64,000 nt of DNA from Octopus vulgaris (lineage: Eukaryota), in assembly GCA_951406725.2 (NCBI GenBank), contig OX597834.1:35216001-35280000 (forward strand), read 5' to 3'. The position numbers were made by a program, and so were the translations under genes. Under the pieces are notes generated by a model. That model was not told where the DNA came from. It worked only from the letters and a program-made list of their open reading frames with translations, and searched no databases. Below are positions 60,966 through 64,000 of the stretch, piece by piece (positions within the stretch are counted from its first letter, which is position 1; each line of letters starts with the position of its first letter).

Positions 60966-63900
60966 GGTGGTGAGCTGGCAGAATTGTTAGTGTGCTGGGC
61001 AAAGTGCTTTGTGGTATTTCGTCTGTCTTTGTGTTATGAGTTCAAATTCCACTATGGTCAACTTTGCCTTTCATCCTGTCAGAGTTGATGAAATAAGTAC
61101 CAGTTACACACTAGGGTCAATGTAATCAACTCACCCCTCCACCAAAATTTCTGGCCTTGTACCAAAATTTGAAATTATTATTATTATTATTGAGTGAGAA
61201 CGCAGTGCATGCCATCAAAGTGACACTGGGGTACATATATACGAAGCCCAGTATACCCATCATGACTACCCGTCTGATAAGGGTACACCAGGCACATGCA
61301 TCACAACCATATGTGCATGACATGGTGATCTTGTATCAAGATAAACAATGCCAAATTTCAGGCCTCATGCATTTAGTAGAAAGGATTATTATTATTATTA
61401 TTATTATTCAGTAGTCTTATTTTTATCATGTGCTTTCACTGCACCATGTGTGCGCCATGGTCTTGTGCTGTAGTCTGTTGTGATGTTCTTATTTTCACTG
61501 TATTGAAAGTGTATTACGTAGGATGTGTGCGGTGCCTAGTAATGCTGTTTTCTGTATGTTATATATGCTTGTTAGTCCTGGTGTTTTTGTTATCTATTTG
61601 TCTGAATGTTATTTTTTTATCATACCTAATGCACCTACTATGATAGGAATTGCTGGGTCACAGCTGTATTACTTCTGATCTTGGGGTTGATTAAAGTGCT
61701 AAATAGTCCTTTCTACTATAGGCACAAGGCCTGCAATTTTTGTGGGAGTGGGCTAGTCAATTACATTAACCCCAGTGTTCAACTGGTACTTATTTCATTG
61801 ACCTCAAAAGAACGGAGGGCAAATTTGGCCTTGGTGGAATTTGAACCCAGAACACAAAGCGAGTAGCTAAGCTTTTTGTTTGACATGCCAACGTTTCTAC
61901 CACTTCACCGCCTTTAAAATGCTAAATAATAACCTTTGTGTCAAACTGGATATCATGGCTGTATTATGATTATAATGCTGTTTGACTGGGCTTTTATCTG
62001 CATGCTAAACAACATATTGTATTTTATGGCTTAAAAGACACATGGGCATATTAGACACAGCACTTATTCAACAAAGTTTTTTTTAGAGCATTAAAGCTTA
62101 TGCAGGGCCCAACTCTGCATCTAGGATCCAGGGTGGGTTTTTTTTTTTTTTTTAAACATTTTGGTGGGAGAAAAAATGTGTGATCCATATCATCAAATAA
62201 GGTGTGTAATAGCTGGATTAACCTATAATCCCTATCTCCAGACTGGATTTTAACTCTTATTATCTCAAGGTATTACATCTGCTTGGTTGGGGTCAGTTGC
62301 AGTGCTAAATGGCAATTTGATCTATGTGTGTGTCTGTGTTTGCCCCCCCCCCCTCCATCACTACTTGACAACTGGTGTTGGTGTGTTTACACCCCCATAA
62401 CTTAGCAGTGAAAGTTAGTTGTCAGAACCTGCATGAGACCCAGGGTGGGATCATACTTATGTTTGCTTGTTTTAATATCACCCCCTGGTCATTGGGTCCA
62501 TTATGTTAACAGTGGCCAAGTTCTTGATTTGAGTTGAATTGACTCCCTTCTTTTCACTAGTCCCAGAGACCCTGAAAAGGGGTCAAATAATGTTGCTTTT
62601 CCTCTGATTAAATCTTTAATAAATATTAGATACCAGTCATAGAGTGAACTCTACTGAAACATTTAATTCTAGGGGAAAATTATCTCGACACCATAAAACA
62701 GGAGCCTAAAGCCCTCAGGAACCTTATGGCTCTCTCTCTCTTGCTACTATTGCTCAGTTTTCTAGTGTTCTACCTTCCCATTTTGATGGCCACACCTTCT
62801 CCATCAGCGTTATTAAAACTAATATCAAGGCCACACCCCCTACATCTGTGTTGTGCCAACCTGAAATCATGACCACACCTTTTCCAGTGTTGTGTCATCA
62901 TCATAGCTACATCTCTTCCATCAGAGTTGAGTCAAGTCAATGTTATGATCAGAACCACTTCTGAGCTAGGGTGTACAGAAGCAATGTAGACTTATAGTGC
63001 ATCACCTCAAACATGCTGTGATGTGAGATAAATCTCTCCTGGGATATGACACCAGTATATCACTGGTAACATACCCATTGACAGCTGGGTGAACTGAGAT
63101 AATGTAGAATATAGTGTACCACCACAGACACACTGTGATGAGAGATAAATCTATTTATGGATATGATACCAGTCTATCAGGCGTAGCATTCCTAGATGCT
63201 CTCGTGGTACCTAATAGTAGCTAGGTGAACTGAGGTAATGGAGAGTACAGTGTGCTAACCACAGAGGCATTGTGGTGAAAGATGAATCTGTCCATGGATA
63301 TGATTCCAGTCTATCAGAAGTAACACTCTTTGATGATCTTGTGGAACCTGTTAACAACTAGGTATACTGAGGCAATGTAGAATATACGAAGTCTGATCAA
63401 AAGCTATCAGGACTGCTACTATAAAAAGAAACGGACAGCACATATCAATTTGGTATTTCATATCCTTATGAGTGAATTTGAGAGGTATAGAAACTATGTG
63501 GAAGTGGCGAGCTGGCAGAAACGTTAGCACGCCGGGCGAAATGTTTAGCGGTATTTCATCTGCCGTTACATTCTGAGTTCAAATTCTGCCGAGGTCAACT
63601 TTGCCTTTCATCCTTTCGGGGTCGATAAATTAAGTACCAGTTACGCACTGGGGTTGATGTAATCGACTTATCCCTTTTTCTGTCCTTGTTTGTCCCCTTT
63701 GTGTTTAGCCCCCAGTGGGCAATAAGGAAATAAGACACTGTGGAAGCCTGTTGCGTATATATAAATGTGTGTGTGTTTCTTGGGTTGTTGACATTCTCAT
63801 AACTTAGTGGTTTGGCAAAAGAAACCGATAAAAATAAGGACCAGACTTGAAAAATGACATTACGTACTGGTGTTAATTTGGTCAACTAAACTCTTCGAGT

Positions 63901-64000
63901 CAGTGCCCCAGCATGGCCACGATCCAAAGACTGAAGACTGAAGCAAAGTAAAAGGTTATAGAATTTAAATATCTCAACAGTTTTGTTATAAAATTATAAT

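Overview
AT-rich, intron-rich animal genomic DNA packed with tRNA-derived SINEs, RTE/CRE LINE fragments, MITEs and microsatellites. The repeat families look like those of an octopus (coleoid cephalopod); this is inferred, not proven. Almost all ORFs in the six-frame track are spurious. Three spliced genes can be read by hand. (1) The 3' nine exons of an FBXO3-like gene (SMI1/KNR4 + ApaG domains, + strand, 754-10544). (2) A complete 106-aa ribosomal protein gene RPL36A/eL42 (- strand, 5 coding exons, 11409-21978, 5' TOP). (3) A divergently transcribed small acidic protein (SMAP/C11orf58-like) gene (+ strand, from 22538, ~29.6 kb first intron, running off the window). The main observation is that the last RPL36A intron (7.1 kb, non-canonical GC-AG) holds a sense-strand array of nine related box H/ACA RNA units. 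Five are intact ~186-189-nt copies that resemble SNORA81/HBI-61 (from memory), one is internally deleted, and three belong to a diverged 'B' subtype (one disrupted by a SINE). A strong CAG|GTAAGG site and repeated acceptor-like motifs lie between copies. They suggest recursive or alternative splicing as a way to release several snoRNAs from one intron. A second, unrelated structured RNA candidate ending in ACA lies in RPL36A intron 2.
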